From NCBI RefSeq assembly GCF_030524025.1, contig NZ_JAUNHI010000003.1:27294-91293 (forward strand): DNA of 64,000 bases, written 5' to 3'. A program made the position numbers and the translations under genes. Shown one piece after another: positions 20,887 to 30,949 of the stretch. This DNA is from Actinomyces sp. Its GTDB lineage: Bacteria > Actinomycetota > Actinomycetes > Actinomycetales > Actinomycetaceae. Each line of letters opens with the position of its first letter. Within the stretch, counting starts at the first letter, position 1. The notes under the pieces were generated by a model that was given only the letters and a program-made list of their open reading frames with translations, made no database searches and was not told the origin of the DNA.

Positions 20887-20989
20887 TCGTGCCCTTCGAG
20901 CCTACCGCCGCGCCCCCAGGCCGTGGCCGACCGGAGCGCCAGCCCTCGCCGGAGCGCGCCCCGTGCGATGGCGGGCATCACATTTCCCC

Positions 20990-21014
20990 TAGCGAGACGA
21001 CGCCGCGTCTGCTA
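20990..21014 (+). promoter_or_regulatory. imperfect dyad TAGCGAGACG-n6-CGTCTGCTA overlapping a TAACAT -10-like hexamer upstream of katA
   Basis: The 9-10-nt arms are reverse-complementary apart from one inserted G. Located about 35-55 nt upstream of the catalase start. Confidence 0.25.
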
Positions 21015-21047
21015 ACATGGCCTATAAGCCACGAGAGGATGAGAGTC

Positions 21048-22589
21048 ATGTCTGATGAAACCTCCAACGACGTCAAACGCTGCCCTGTGAGCCATCTCAC
21101 CACTGACTTCGGCGCCCCGGTGCCGACCAACCGCGACTCACTGACCGCCGGGCCCCGCGGCCCCCTGCTCGCCCAGGACGTCTGGCTCAACGAGAAGCTC
21201 GCGTCCTTCGTCCGCGAGGTCATCCCCGAGCGCCGGATGCACGCCAAGGGTTCGGGCGCCTTCGGCACCTTCACGGTCACCCATGACATCACCCGCTACA
21301 CCCGGGCCGCGATCTTCAGCGAGGTCGGCAAGCGCACCGAGATGTTCGCGCGCTTCACGACGGTGGCGGGCGAGCGGGGGGCGGCGGATGCCGAGCGCGA
21401 CATCCGCGGCTTCGCCCTGAAGTTCTACACCGAGGAGGGCAACTGGGACATGGTGGGGAACAACACCCCCGTGTTCTTCATCCGGGACCCCCGCCAGTTC
21501 CCCGACCTCAACAAGGCGGTCAAGCGGGACCCGCGCACCAATATGCGCAGCGCCCTCAACAACTGGGACTACTGGACGCTCCTGCCCGAGGCGCTCCACC
21601 AGGTCACCATCGTCATGAGCGACCGCGGCATCCCGGCGAGCTACCGCCACATGCACGGCTTCGGCTCCCACACCTACAGCTTCTGGAACGCCGACGGCGA
21701 GCGCTTCTGGGTGAAGTTCCACTTCAAAACCCAGCAGGGCATCAAGAACCTCACCGACGCCGAGGCGGCCGAGCTCGTCGGTCGGGACCGTGAGAGCCAC
21801 CAGCGCGACCTCTACGAGGCGATCGAGCGCGGCGACTTCCCCAAGTGGACGATGTACGTCCAGATCATGCCGGAGACGGACGCCGAGAAGGTGCCCTACC
21901 ACCCCTTCGACCTGACCAAGGTGTGGCCCAAGGCCGACTACCCGCTCATCGAGGTCGGCGAGTTCGAGCTCAACCGGAACCCGGAGAACTTCTTCCTCGA
22001 CGTCGAGCAGAGCGCCTTCGCCCCGAGCAACCTCGTGCCCGGCATCGGAGTGAGCCCCGACAAGATGCTCCAGGCGCGTCTGTTCAACTACGCCGACGCC
22101 CAGCGCTACCGGCTCGGCGGAAACTACCAGCAGATCCCGGTCAACCAGCCGCGCTGCCCCGTCCACTCCAACCACCGTGACGGCATGGGCCGGGTGGACT
22201 CCAACTACGGTGGCCTGCCCCACTACGAGCCGAACAGCTTCGGCCAGTGGCAGGCCCAGCCGGAGTTCATGGAGCCTCCGCTGCGCATCAACGGGGACGC
22301 CGCCTTCTGGGACGCCCACGCCGACGATGACAACTACTTCGAGCAGCCGCGGGCGCTGTTCCAGCTGATGACCCCTGAGCAGCAGGAGGCGCTGTTCGGC
22401 AACACGGCCCGGGCGATGGGCGACGCCCCGACCTTCGTCAAGTTCCGCCACATCCGCAACTGCCACGCCGCCGACCCCGCCTACGGCGCGGGCGTGGCCG
22501 CAGCCCTGGGACTGGACCTGGAGGAGGCGCTGGCCTCCCGCAAGGACGACCCGATGTACGGCAGCCCCCTCGTGCCACTGCCTGCGTGA
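21048..22589 (+). CDS. katA: monofunctional heme catalase
   Basis: RBS GAGAGGA. Full catalase core (RERIPERVVHAKG-like [22 protein letters not shown], distal His, proximal Tyr region [14 protein letters not shown]). An alternative ATG lies at 21039. Confidence 0.95.
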   Translation: MSDETSNDVKRCPVSHLTTDFGAPVPTNRDSLTAGPRGPLLAQDVWLNEKLASFVREVIPERRMHAKGSGAFGTFTVTHDITRYTRAAIFSEVGKRTEMFARFTTVAGERGAADAERDIRGFALKFYTEEGNWDMVGNNTPVFFIRDPRQFPDLNKAVKRDPRTNMRSALNNWDYWTLLPEALHQVTIVMSDRGIPASYRHMHGFGSHTYSFWNADGERFWVKFHFKTQQGIKNLTDAEAAELVGRDRESHQRDLYEAIERGDFPKWTMYVQIMPETDAEKVPYHPFDLTKVWPKADYPLIEVGEFELNRNPENFFLDVEQSAFAPSNLVPGIGVSPDKMLQARLFNYADAQRYRLGGNYQQIPVNQPRCPVHSNHRDGMGRVDSNYGGLPHYEPNSFGQWQAQPEFMEPPLRINGDAAFWDAHADDDNYFEQPRALFQLMTPEQQEALFGNTARAMGDAPTFVKFRHIRNCHAADPAYGAGVAAALGLDLEEALASRKDDPMYGSPLVPLPA

Positions 22590-22737
22590 GCGCTCCCCCG
22601 CGCCCGGTCAGGCACGCATGCGGTGGCTGACCGGGCCCGTCGTCGGCCTGGCTGCTCGCCATCGCCGATCGCATTGGTGAGGATCGAGGCTGACGACACG
22701 GCACCTCAGGGCGGATCCGGCTCTGGCCGCCCAGGAG

Positions 22738-23432
22738 GTGCCCGCGCTGGCCATGCTCGCCGGTGCCGCCGGCGCCCGGGGATTCGACGACTGCCGCGTC
22801 ATCAACATTCTGAGCATGGCGCGCACGGCGAGATACATCGGCGACGACGACCTCGCCCAGCTGCTGGGCCACCACGCCCGGCGCACCGTGCTGCGCTACG
22901 TGGGATGGGGCCAGTACCTAGACTCGGTCCTCGTCGGCAAGGCCGTCTTCCAGGCCGCCTTCGCCGAGCCGGGCAGCGCGGCGATCATCGACCCCCGGCA
23001 GTTCATCGATGCCGTCCACCTCCTGGCGCTAAGCGCCGGTCACCCTGTTCCGCGCCACGCTGTGGCCCGGGGAGGACCTTCTGGACCGGCGTCAACCCCG
23101 ATCGCTCCCACTGGACGGGGGTGCCCTTCCTGCGGATCAGCAACATGGGCCGGTTGACCGCGGTGCTGAGCGAGGAGGCCTGCGTGCTGGTCCGCGGCAC
23201 GGGGCGGAAACGTCCGTGGACGCCCGTGCCCTGGCAGGAGGCGAGGATCCAGGCGCAGGTCATGCCCGGCGACCGGATCTCCTTCACGATCGGCGACACC
23301 AGGCTCGGCGATCTCTTCCCGGACTGGACCGCGCCGCAGATGGCCGACCCCGGCCTGCCTGACAGGCGCGACGCGTTCCTGGCCGGTCTGGGCCCGCGCG
23401 TCCGCTCCTTCACGGCCGCCAACCCCCTGTAG
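22738..23432 (+). pseudogene. hypothetical protein gene interrupted by a frameshift near 23040-23085
   Basis: High GC3 coding signal runs in frame 1 from 22738 to about 23040, then continues in frame 0 from about 23085 to the stop at 23432. The junction CCCGGGGAGGACC contains short homopolymers. No family recognised. Confidence 0.45.
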
Positions 23433-23470
23433 CCGGGCTCCGGGGCGGTCCCGCAAGGACGTCGGTGCGG

Positions 23471-23561
23471 TACCCCCACTGGGATTCGAACCCAGGACCA
23501 CGTGTTTATCAGACACTGACGAGGTATAAGCTCGCTGCTCTAACCACTGAGCTATGGGGGC
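23471..23561 (-). tRNA. atypical 91-nt tRNA-like gene, candidate anticodon UAU, with a 23-nt variable arm carrying a second anticodon-like loop CUGAUAA
   Basis: Minus-strand sequence GCCCCCA-TA-GCTC-AGTGGTTA-GAGC-A-GCGAG-CTTATAC-CTCGT-CAGTGTCTGATAAACACGTGGTC-CTGGG-TTCGAAT-CCCAG-TGGGGGT-A(CC). The D- and T-arms and acceptor are canonical. The region between them holds two stem-loops where one is expected. Confidence 0.5.
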
Positions 23562-23783
23562 GCGGCTCCGCCCACTGCCCCACCGGTGCGGGGCGGTGGA
23601 CTCCAGCACGGTGCCGGCGGACGTGCCGCGGGCTCCGGTACCGGGCCGATGACGCGACCATACCGCAGCGGCGCGGGCCACTGGGCGGCACTGGGCGCTT
23701 GCGCGCCACGCCGGTGCCCGCCAGGACCTACCCTGTGTGCCGCGGGTCGCGTCCGGGCCCGGCCGTCCACCAGGGAAGCGTCC

Positions 23784-24961
23784 ATGAAGATCACCCAGCG
23801 CGCCGTCGGCGTCCAGCCCTTCCACGCCATGAGCATCGGCGCGCGAGCGCGGCAGATCGAGGCCGATGGCGTCACCGTGTCCAAGCTGAGCCTGGGCGAG
23901 CCGAGCTTCGGCGCTCCCCCGGCGGTGCGCGAGGCCGCCCGCCGGGTGATGGACGGGCGCGAGCTGGCCTACACCGCCGCGGCGGGCCTGCCCGCCCTGC
24001 GCCAGACGATCGCCGACTTCTACCACCTGCGCCACGGCGTGACGGTGTCGCCCGACCGTATCCTCATCACCTCCGGCGCCTCGGCGGGCCTGCTGCTCGT
24101 CACGGCACTGACCACCGAGCCCGGCGACGAGGTGGTCATGGGCGATCCCTGCTACCCGTGCAACCGGGCGCTGGTGGAGACCTTCGGGGGGCGAGTGGTG
24201 CTGGCGCCGACCTCGGCGTCGTCGCGCTACCAGCTCGACCTGCCCTCGATGGAGGCGGCGTGGAGCCCGGCAACCACGGCGGTCATGCTGGCCACCCCCT
24301 CGAACCCGACGGGCACCTCGATCCCCCCCCGGCGGAGATGGCACGGATCTGTGCCGCGGCCCGCAGCTGGGACGCCTGGCGGGTGGTCGACGAGATCTAC
24401 CTGGGCCTGTCCGACCCCGACCCCACGGGTCGGCCCGCGCGCACCGTCCTGGAGACCGACCCGCAGGCCATTGTCGTGTCGAGCTTCTCGAAGTACTTCG
24501 GCATGACGGGATGGCGGCTCGGCTGGGTGGTCCTGCCCGAGGAGCTCGTCTCCTGTGCTCAGGACCTGGCGGTCAACTACTTCCTGTGCGCCTCGACCCC
24601 GGCGCAGATCGCCGCCCTTGAGGCCTTCACCCCCGCGTCCCTCGCCGTGTGCGAGGAACGGCGCCTCGAGCTGTTGGCCCGTCGCCGCCTGGCCCTGGAG
24701 GGGCTGGCGCGCCTGAGGCTGGACGTGCCCGTGGAGCCCGATGGCGCCTTCTACGTCTACTTCGACGTGACGGCAACGGGCATGGGCGCCTGGGAGTTCT
24801 GCACCCGCGCCCTGGAGGAGGCGCATGTCGCGCTCACCCCCGGCCGCGACTTCGGGGTCTCCACCGCCGAGTCCCACGTGCGCCTGTCCTACGCCGCCTC
24901 TCGGGAGGAGATCGGCCAGGGACTCGAACGCCTGGCTGCGTTCCTGCGGTCCGTGGCCTGA
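23784..24961 (+). pseudogene. class I/II PLP-dependent aminotransferase with a frameshift in a C8 homopolymer (24321-24328)
   Basis: The N-terminal 180 aa (MKITQRAVGVQPFHAMSIG ... SNPTGTSIPP) are in one frame. The C-terminal part (AEMARICAAARSWDAWRVVDEIY ... SFSKYFGMTGWRLGWVV ...) is in the +1 frame. The switch is exactly at CCCCCCCC. Confidence 0.8.
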
Positions 24962-24973
24962 CCGGTGGGCGCA

Positions 24974-25582
24974 TCAGCCCCGCCGCCTCCCACGCGGGCC
25001 GCCGTGCCGCGGCCCCGGGAGGTGGTGGGCACGGATGAGGTCGGCGAGCCCGAGCGCGGCGGTGGGCAGCTTGAGCAGGAGGTCCTCCCCCAGGCGGTGG
25101 TCGTCGGCCGGTGCCAGGCGCGCGGCGAGGTCGGGGCGCTGCAGGCGCAGGTAGTAACGTGCCTTGGCCGCGTGAACGGCGTCGGAGACGACGACGATCC
25201 TCTGGGCGCCTTCGATGAGCGGGATGACGTTGCGGATGTTCTCCCATGTCGAGCCGCTGGCCGGTTCGGTGACCAGCGCTCCGCCGTAGCCCAGGGCGCG
25301 CGCGTGGGCGGCCAGCAGCTCGGCCTCCGGGACCGGCCCGGCAACCGCTCCACCGCTGGCGATCAGCGTGGAGCGCCTGCCTCGCTGGGACCGCAGGGCA
25401 TAGGCGACGCGTCGGCGGTTGACGAAACCGGCCGTTGCGCCGGGATCGGCGAAGCCCAGGACGACGACGGCCTCGACCGCGTCGTCCTCCATGGCCGCTC
25501 CCCGGCCGAGATAGGCCCGGGAGGCCAGGCGGTGGGTCACCTCGGCAGCGACGACGGCGGCGATCACCGTCGCCAGGCTCAT
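24974..25582 (-). CDS. DUF218 / YdcF (ElyC/SanA-like) family protein
   Basis: Start at MSLATVIAAVV (TM helix). VVLGFADPG..LIASGG..VVVSDAVHAAKARYY is the DUF218 core. Confidence 0.7.
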   Translation of the reverse strand: MSLATVIAAVVAAEVTHRLASRAYLGRGAAMEDDAVEAVVVLGFADPGATAGFVNRRRVAYALRSQRGRRSTLIASGGAVAGPVPEAELLAAHARALGYGGALVTEPASGSTWENIRNVIPLIEGAQRIVVVSDAVHAAKARYYLRLQRPDLAARLAPADDHRLGEDLLLKLPTAALGLADLIRAHHLPGPRHGGPRGRRRG

Positions 25583-25678
25583 GCCGACCGCCTGCCGTCC
25601 CCAAGGCCTCTCGCAGCACCGGCCCGGTGACGCCTCACGCGCCCGGCCGGCACGACGGGGCCCGCGCGCTCGGCTGCG

Positions 25679-26542
25679 GTGGATGCGTTTCCGGATCGTC
25701 ATGCTCCCAGGCTACTGATCCCCTTGTCCCCTCGGGCCAGGTCCCCGCCCGGCCGGACTCGAGGAGCCTGCACGGGACGCCGGGTGGGGTGCATCGGTGC
25801 CTGCACCGCACCGATCCCGGCGGCTACCGCCCGGGCTCTCGCCGCAGGCGGGACCTGGCGGCGCCTGGTCACCGACCCACTCAGTGGAACCGTTGTCGAT
25901 GTCGGCCGCACCCGCTGCCGGCCGCCGACCGCCCTGCGCGATCTGACCCGCGCACGCGATGCCGCCTGCACTCACCCCGGCTGCCACGTCCCCACACGCC
26001 GGTGCGACCTGGACCACATCACGCCGTGGGCTGTTGGGGGAACAACCAGCCTGGACAATCTCACCACCTTGTGCGAGGCGCACCATCGGCTCAAGCACAC
26101 TCCAGGTTGGGCACTGTCCCGCACCAGTGAGGGCGCGCTGACATGGCGCACCCCCAGCGGCGCCCGCTACCTCCGTGATCCTGACGGCACCGTCGTCATG
26201 CTCCCCCGCAGGGTCGGCCCCCGGCAACTGGCCGCGCCCGCTCGTCCAGTTCCCCGGCGGCTTGCAGGCGCAGTCGACACGGCGATCGTCGCCAGGCTGG
26301 AGCGCGGCCTCGAACCCTCCGGTCACGGGGACCAGGAGCACGGGGACCAGGAGCTGACCGCTCGCCGGCACCTGGCCGGGGACTACGAACCCAGTCCCCA
26401 CCCCCAGCCTCTCCACGACCTCGGCTTGGCCCCTCTGCTCGACGAGGTTCCCCCTTGTGAGGCGCCTCGCAGCTTCGGCACCCGCATGGTCACAGTGGCG
26501 TCTAAGGATCGGGACGACAATGCGCTGGATGGTCGGCTGTGA
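25679..26542 (+). pseudogene. N-terminally truncated DUF222/HNH endonuclease remnant (REP13E12-like C-terminal half)
   Basis: GTWRRLVTDPLSGTVVDVGRTRCRPPTALRDLTRARDAACTHPGCHVPTRRCDLDHITPWAVGGTTSLDNLTTLCEAHHRLKH is the conserved HNH C-terminus of DUF222 proteins. The expected roughly 200-aa N-terminal domain is missing; its position is occupied by the ydcF-like gene on the other strand. Confidence 0.65.
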
Positions 26543-26583
26543 GCCACCATCCGCGGGGATCCGGGCAGCAGCAGCCGTCATCG

Positions 26584-26656
26584 TGGACCCGGCCGGACTC
26601 GAACCGACGACCGACGCGGTGTAAACGCGTTGCTCTACCAGCTGAGCTACAGGTCC
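26584..26656 (-). tRNA. tRNA-Val (anticodon TAC)
   Basis: GGACCTG-TA-GCTC-AGCTGGTA-GAGC-A-ACGCG-TTTACAC-CGCGT-CGGTC-GTCGG-TTCGAGT-CCGGC-CGGGTCC-A. CCA is not encoded. Confidence 0.85.
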
Positions 26657-26679
26657 CTCACCGCACCGCGGACCGGGCC

Positions 26680-27084
26680 TCAGCGCTTGCGCGTCGAGAC
26701 CCGGATGCCACTCCAGCGCTCACCCATCGCCGCCACGGAGGTGGCATGCATGCCGGCGGTGCCTGCCGCCTCCTCGATCTCCGAGGTGGGCACGGCTCCC
26801 GCCGTGCGCGCCTTGGGGCTGAGCACCCAGATGACCCCGGCGCCGTCGAGGTTGGCCTGCGCGTCCACGAGCAGGTCGGTCAGGTCATCGACGTTCCCGT
26901 CGTCGTCACGCCACCACACGATCGCGCTGTCGGCCACATCCTCATAGGACTCGTCGACGAGCTCGGTGCCGGTCTGGGCCTCGATGGCACGGCGCAGGGC
27001 GTCGTCGACGTCGTCGTCGTACCCGAACTCCTGGATGATGAGTCCCGAGGCGAAGCCGAAGGCTCCTGCCGCTGTGCTCGTCAC
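26680..27084 (-). CDS. DUF3052 domain protein (Rv2239c-like)
   Basis: GTG start at VTSTAAGAFGFASGLIIQEFGYDDDVD. Conserved partner upstream of aceE, as in Mtb. Confidence 0.7.
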   Translation of the reverse strand: MTSTAAGAFGFASGLIIQEFGYDDDVDDALRRAIEAQTGTELVDESYEDVADSAIVWWRDDDGNVDDLTDLLVDAQANLDGAGVIWVLSPKARTAGAVPTSEIEEAAGTAGMHATSVAAMGERWSGIRVSTRKR

Positions 27085-27433
27085 TGTGGTCCACTCCGTC
27101 CTGGGGCGCCTGGCCCGTAGGTCCGACCCCTGGGGCGGGGCGTTCGGGGATAGCCCACAACACGGGACGTGCAACACGCAAGCGAAGGGTCCGCCTCGCC
27201 GAGCCCAGGCACCCGCACCGCCTCCGGTCGATCGGCGTGCTGCCGCCCCCGCCACAGCCATGGTGCCCCAGTTCACACGTGAGGTAGGACCTTCCTCCCC
27301 CTGCGGACGCCGCCCGGCCACGGCCAGGACCTAGATTAGGATCGTCGAAGACAGCCGGACGCCGATGTGCTCGGCCCGGGCCACCGCCCGAGCATCGACC
27401 ACCGGCCGCACCGCCGCGAGGAAAGAGGAATCC

Positions 27434-30187
27434 GTGAGCCCCACCAGCGACTCCACGCCGCTCATCGACGGCCTGCTGACCAAGGTCGCCGACAACGACC
27501 CCGAGGAGACCGGAGAGTGGCGCGACTCCCTCGACGCCCTCATCGCCGAGAAGGGCGGCCCGCGCGCCCGCTACATCCTGCTGTCGATGCTGGCGCAGGC
27601 TCGCAAGAAGAACGTCTCCCTGCCCTCCCAGACGACCACCCCTTACGTCAACACGATCGACGTGGCCGACGAGCCCTACTTCCCTGGCGACGAGGACGCC
27701 GAGCGCACCTACCGCCGCTGGCTGCGCTGGAACGCGGCTGTCATGGTCACCCGCGCCCAGCGGCCCGGCGTCGGGGTCGGCGGCCACATCTCCTCCTACG
27801 CCTCGACCGCCACCCTCGTGGAGATCGGCATGAACCACTTCTTCCGGGGCAAGGACCACCCCGGCGGCGGTGACCACATCTTCTTCCAGGGCCACGCCTC
27901 CCCCGGCAACTACGCCCGCGCCTTCATCGAGGGGCGCCTGACCGAGGCCGACCTCGACGGCTTCCGCCAGGAGTACTCCCACCCCGACGAGGGCCGCGGA
28001 CTGCCCTCTTACCCGCACCCGCGCCGCATGGAGGACTTCTGGGAGTTCCCCACCGTCTCCATGGGTCTGGGACCCGCCGAGGCCATCTACCAGGCATGGT
28101 TCGACAAGTACCTCGCCGGCGCCGGCATCAAGGACACCTCGGCCCAGCGCACCTGGGCCTTCCTGGGCGACGGCGAGATGGACGAGCCCGAGTCCCGCGG
28201 CATGCTCCAGCTCGCGGCCTCCCAGCAGCTGGACAACCTCACCTTCGTCATCAACTGCAACCTGCAGCGGCTCGACGGCCCGGTGCGGGGCAACGGCAAG
28301 ATCATCCAGGAGCTCGAGGCCTTCTTCAAGGGAGCCGGCTGGAACGTCATCAAGGTGATCTGGGGCCGGGGCTGGGACCAGCTGCTGGCGGCGGACAAGG
28401 ACCACGCCCTCGAGCACCTCATGATGGAGACGCTCGACGGGGACTACCAGACCTTCAAGGCCAACGACGGCGCCTACGTGCGTGAGCACTTCTTCGGCCG
28501 CGACCCGCGCACGGCCGAGCTCGTCAAGGACTGGACCGACGAGGAGATCTGGGCGCTGCAGCGCGGGGGCAACGACTACCGCAAGGTGTACGCCGCCTAC
28601 AAGGCGGCCACCGAGCACACCGGCCAGCCCACCGTCATCCTCGCCCACACCGTCAAGGGCTACCTCCTGGGCGAGCACTTCGCGGGCCGCAACGCCACCC
28701 ACCAGATGAAGAAGCTGACCCTGGACGATCTCAAGGGCCTGCGAGACCGCCTGCGCATCCCGATCTCGGACGAGGCCCTCGAGGCCGACCCGAAGATGCC
28801 GCCCTACTACAAGCCGGAGCCCGACGACCCGGCCCTGCTCTACATGCTCGAGCGGCGCCACAAGCTCGGCGGCTTCATCCCCGAGCGCCGCGACACCGGC
28901 AAGCAGCTCGAGCTGCCCGGGGACAAGACCTACGACATCCTCAAGGGCGGCTCGGGCAAGCAGGCGGTCGCCTCGACGATGGCCTTCGTCCGTCTGCTCA
29001 AGGAGATCCTCAAGGACAAGAACGTCGGCCGGCGCATCGTGCCGATCATCCCCGACGAGTCGCGGACCTTCGGGATGGAGTCGCTGTTCCCCACCAAGAA
29101 GATCTTCAACACCCAGGGTCAGCAGTACACCCCTGTCGACGCCGACATGATGCTGTCCTACCGGGAGTCCGACTCCGGGCAGATCATGCACACCGGCATC
29201 AACGAGGCCGGCTCGGCCGCCCTGTTCCAGGTCGTGGGCACCAGCTACGCCACCCACGACGAGCCGATGATCCCGGTCTACATCTTCTACTCGATGTTCG
29301 GCTTCCAGCGCACCGCCGACCAGTTCTGGGCCGCCGGCGACCAGCTGGCCCGCGGATTCATCATCGGCGCCACCGCCGGACGCACCACCCTGACCGGCGA
29401 GGGCACCCAGCACATGGACGGTCACTCCCCGCTCATCTCGGGCACCAACGAGGCGGTGGTCACCTACGATCCGGCCTACGCCTACGAGATGCGCCACATC
29501 GTGCGCGACGCCCTTGAGCGCTGGTACGGCCCTGACTCCGGGCGCAACCGCGACGTCATGTACTACCTGACCGTCTACAACGAGCCGATGGTCCAGCCTG
29601 CCGAGCCCGAGGATGTCGACGTCGAGGGGATCCTCCGGGGCATCCACCGGATCGAGGGCGCTCCCGACGGCGAGGGCCCCGAGGTCCAACTGCTCGCCTC
29701 CGGCGTGGGTCTGCCGTGGGTTCTTGAGGCCCGCCGGATCCTGTCCGAGCACTGGGGGGTGCGTGCCTCGGTGTGGTCGGTGACCAGCTGGAACGAGTTG
29801 CGCCGTCAGGCCCTGGAGGTCGAGCGGCACAACTTCCTCCACCCCGAGGCCGACCCGCGCGTCCCCTTCCTCACCGAGCGGCTCTCCGGTTCCCAGGGCC
29901 CATTCATTGCCACGAGCGACTACGATCACCTCGTGCCCGACCAGATCCGCCGCTGGGTGCCCGGCGCCTACCACACCCTGGGCGCGGATGGTTTCGGCTT
30001 CTCCGACACCCGCACCGCCGCACGCCGCCACTACCTCATCGACGCGGAGTCCGTGGTCGTCAAGTCCCTTCAGGCCCTGGCTGAGGAGGGGCGCGTTGAC
30101 CGCGGCGTCCTGCGAGAGGCGCTGGACCGCTACCGCCTGCTCGATGTTCGTGCGGGCAGATCGGGCGTGCAGGGCGGAGACGCCTGA
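27434..30187 (+). CDS. aceE: pyruvate dehydrogenase E1 component, homodimeric type
   Basis: RBS GAAAGAGGAA then GTG. 917 aa. ThDP-binding GDG..MDEPES motif. Colinear with E. coli and Mtb AceE. Confidence 0.95.
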   Translation: MSPTSDSTPLIDGLLTKVADNDPEETGEWRDSLDALIAEKGGPRARYILLSMLAQARKKNVSLPSQTTTPYVNTIDVADEPYFPGDEDAERTYRRWLRWNAAVMVTRAQRPGVGVGGHISSYASTATLVEIGMNHFFRGKDHPGGGDHIFFQGHASPGNYARAFIEGRLTEADLDGFRQEYSHPDEGRGLPSYPHPRRMEDFWEFPTVSMGLGPAEAIYQAWFDKYLAGAGIKDTSAQRTWAFLGDGEMDEPESRGMLQLAASQQLDNLTFVINCNLQRLDGPVRGNGKIIQELEAFFKGAGWNVIKVIWGRGWDQLLAADKDHALEHLMMETLDGDYQTFKANDGAYVREHFFGRDPRTAELVKDWTDEEIWALQRGGNDYRKVYAAYKAATEHTGQPTVILAHTVKGYLLGEHFAGRNATHQMKKLTLDDLKGLRDRLRIPISDEALEADPKMPPYYKPEPDDPALLYMLERRHKLGGFIPERRDTGKQLELPGDKTYDILKGGSGKQAVASTMAFVRLLKEILKDKNVGRRIVPIIPDESRTFGMESLFPTKKIFNTQGQQYTPVDADMMLSYRESDSGQIMHTGINEAGSAALFQVVGTSYATHDEPMIPVYIFYSMFGFQRTADQFWAAGDQLARGFIIGATAGRTTLTGEGTQHMDGHSPLISGTNEAVVTYDPAYAYEMRHIVRDALERWYGPDSGRNRDVMYYLTVYNEPMVQPAEPEDVDVEGILRGIHRIEGAPDGEGPEVQLLASGVGLPWVLEARRILSEHWGVRASVWSVTSWNELRRQALEVERHNFLHPEADPRVPFLTERLSGSQGPFIATSDYDHLVPDQIRRWVPGAYHTLGADGFGFSDTRTAARRHYLIDAESVVVKSLQALAEEGRVDRGVLREALDRYRLLDVRAGRSGVQGGDA

Positions 30188-30264
30188 CGCGGGTCTCCCC
30201 AGGTCCTGCCATCCCTGGGACACCGACCACCTTGTGAACACCGACAATTCGACTCAGGAACACC

Positions 30265-30912
30265 ATGCAACTCATCTCACGCACCGCCGCCACAGCCTGC
30301 GCCCTCCTGCTTCCCCTGACCGCTCTGACGGCCTGCTCGAGCTCGGTCGAGATCAACCCAGCCGGATCCTCGACGGATGCACAGGGAGCCTCGGCATCCG
30401 CCCAGGACACGACGGCGGATGGTGCCCAGGAGCAGAGCGCGCAGACTGAGGGGCCCTCCAGTGTGGAGACGGGTCAGTGCTCTCAGGAGGACCTTGCCCA
30501 GGAGACGACTCCGGACGACATCGACCAGTACACGAGTCGTGACGTGGCGCTGGGCCTCGTTGAGCAGGTCGTGCCCGCCACCGACGAGGTGGTCCTGGAC
30601 GATCCCGAGGGAGATGATGAGGGCTCCTCCGCGGCCGTCGTCCGCGTCGAGGCCGGATCACGTGCCGTACGGGTCGATGGTTCGGCGCTGACTGTCATCA
30701 TCGACGGTGACATCGAGAGCCTCACGGTCAACGGCATCGACAATACGGTGTGGGTCTCGACAGTCGGCACGGTGGACTTCGGTGAGGAGGCGGCCGAGAA
30801 CGAGGTGTTCTGGAATGGGCAGGCGCCGACCCTGGGGGCGGCGGGCTCCGGCTGGGACAACCACATCGCCAGTGATGAGTTCGCCGTGTACGTCCAGTAC
30901 TACTGCCCCTGA
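30265..30912 (+). CDS. secreted lipoprotein with DUF3060-like beta repeats
   Basis: Signal peptide with lipobox LTALTAC. Acidic low-complexity linker. C-terminal repeats TVIIDGDIESLTVNGIDNTVWVSTVGTVDFGEEA. Confidence 0.7.
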   Translation: MQLISRTAATACALLLPLTALTACSSSVEINPAGSSTDAQGASASAQDTTADGAQEQSAQTEGPSSVETGQCSQEDLAQETTPDDIDQYTSRDVALGLVEQVVPATDEVVLDDPEGDDEGSSAAVVRVEAGSRAVRVDGSALTVIIDGDIESLTVNGIDNTVWVSTVGTVDFGEEAAENEVFWNGQAPTLGAAGSGWDNHIASDEFAVYVQYYCP

Positions 30913-30949
30913 CAGTCGCAGGCACCTGCTCACAGGTCGGGGTCCAGCC

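Noticed and set aside
20610-21047. 5' extension of the catalase ORF
   Set aside because: Overlaps the regulator gene and tRNA-Leu. Catalase homology and the RBS begin at 21048.
22623-23080. 5' part of the 269-aa ORF
   Set aside because: Arg/Pro/Gly-rich translation. Only the region from about 23085 onward shows coding statistics, as the second half of the frameshifted gene.
23471-23561. Possibility that the odd tRNA-like gene is tmRNA
   Set aside because: It lacks the tmRNA 5' GGGG..UGA pairing, the tag reading frame and the pseudoknots. The D-loop is tRNA-canonical.
26942-30247. 1101-aa ORF on the minus strand
   Set aside because: Antisense shadow of aceE in 70% G+C DNA. The translation is Gly/Arg/Ala-rich with no motifs. 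aceE on the plus strand is unambiguous.
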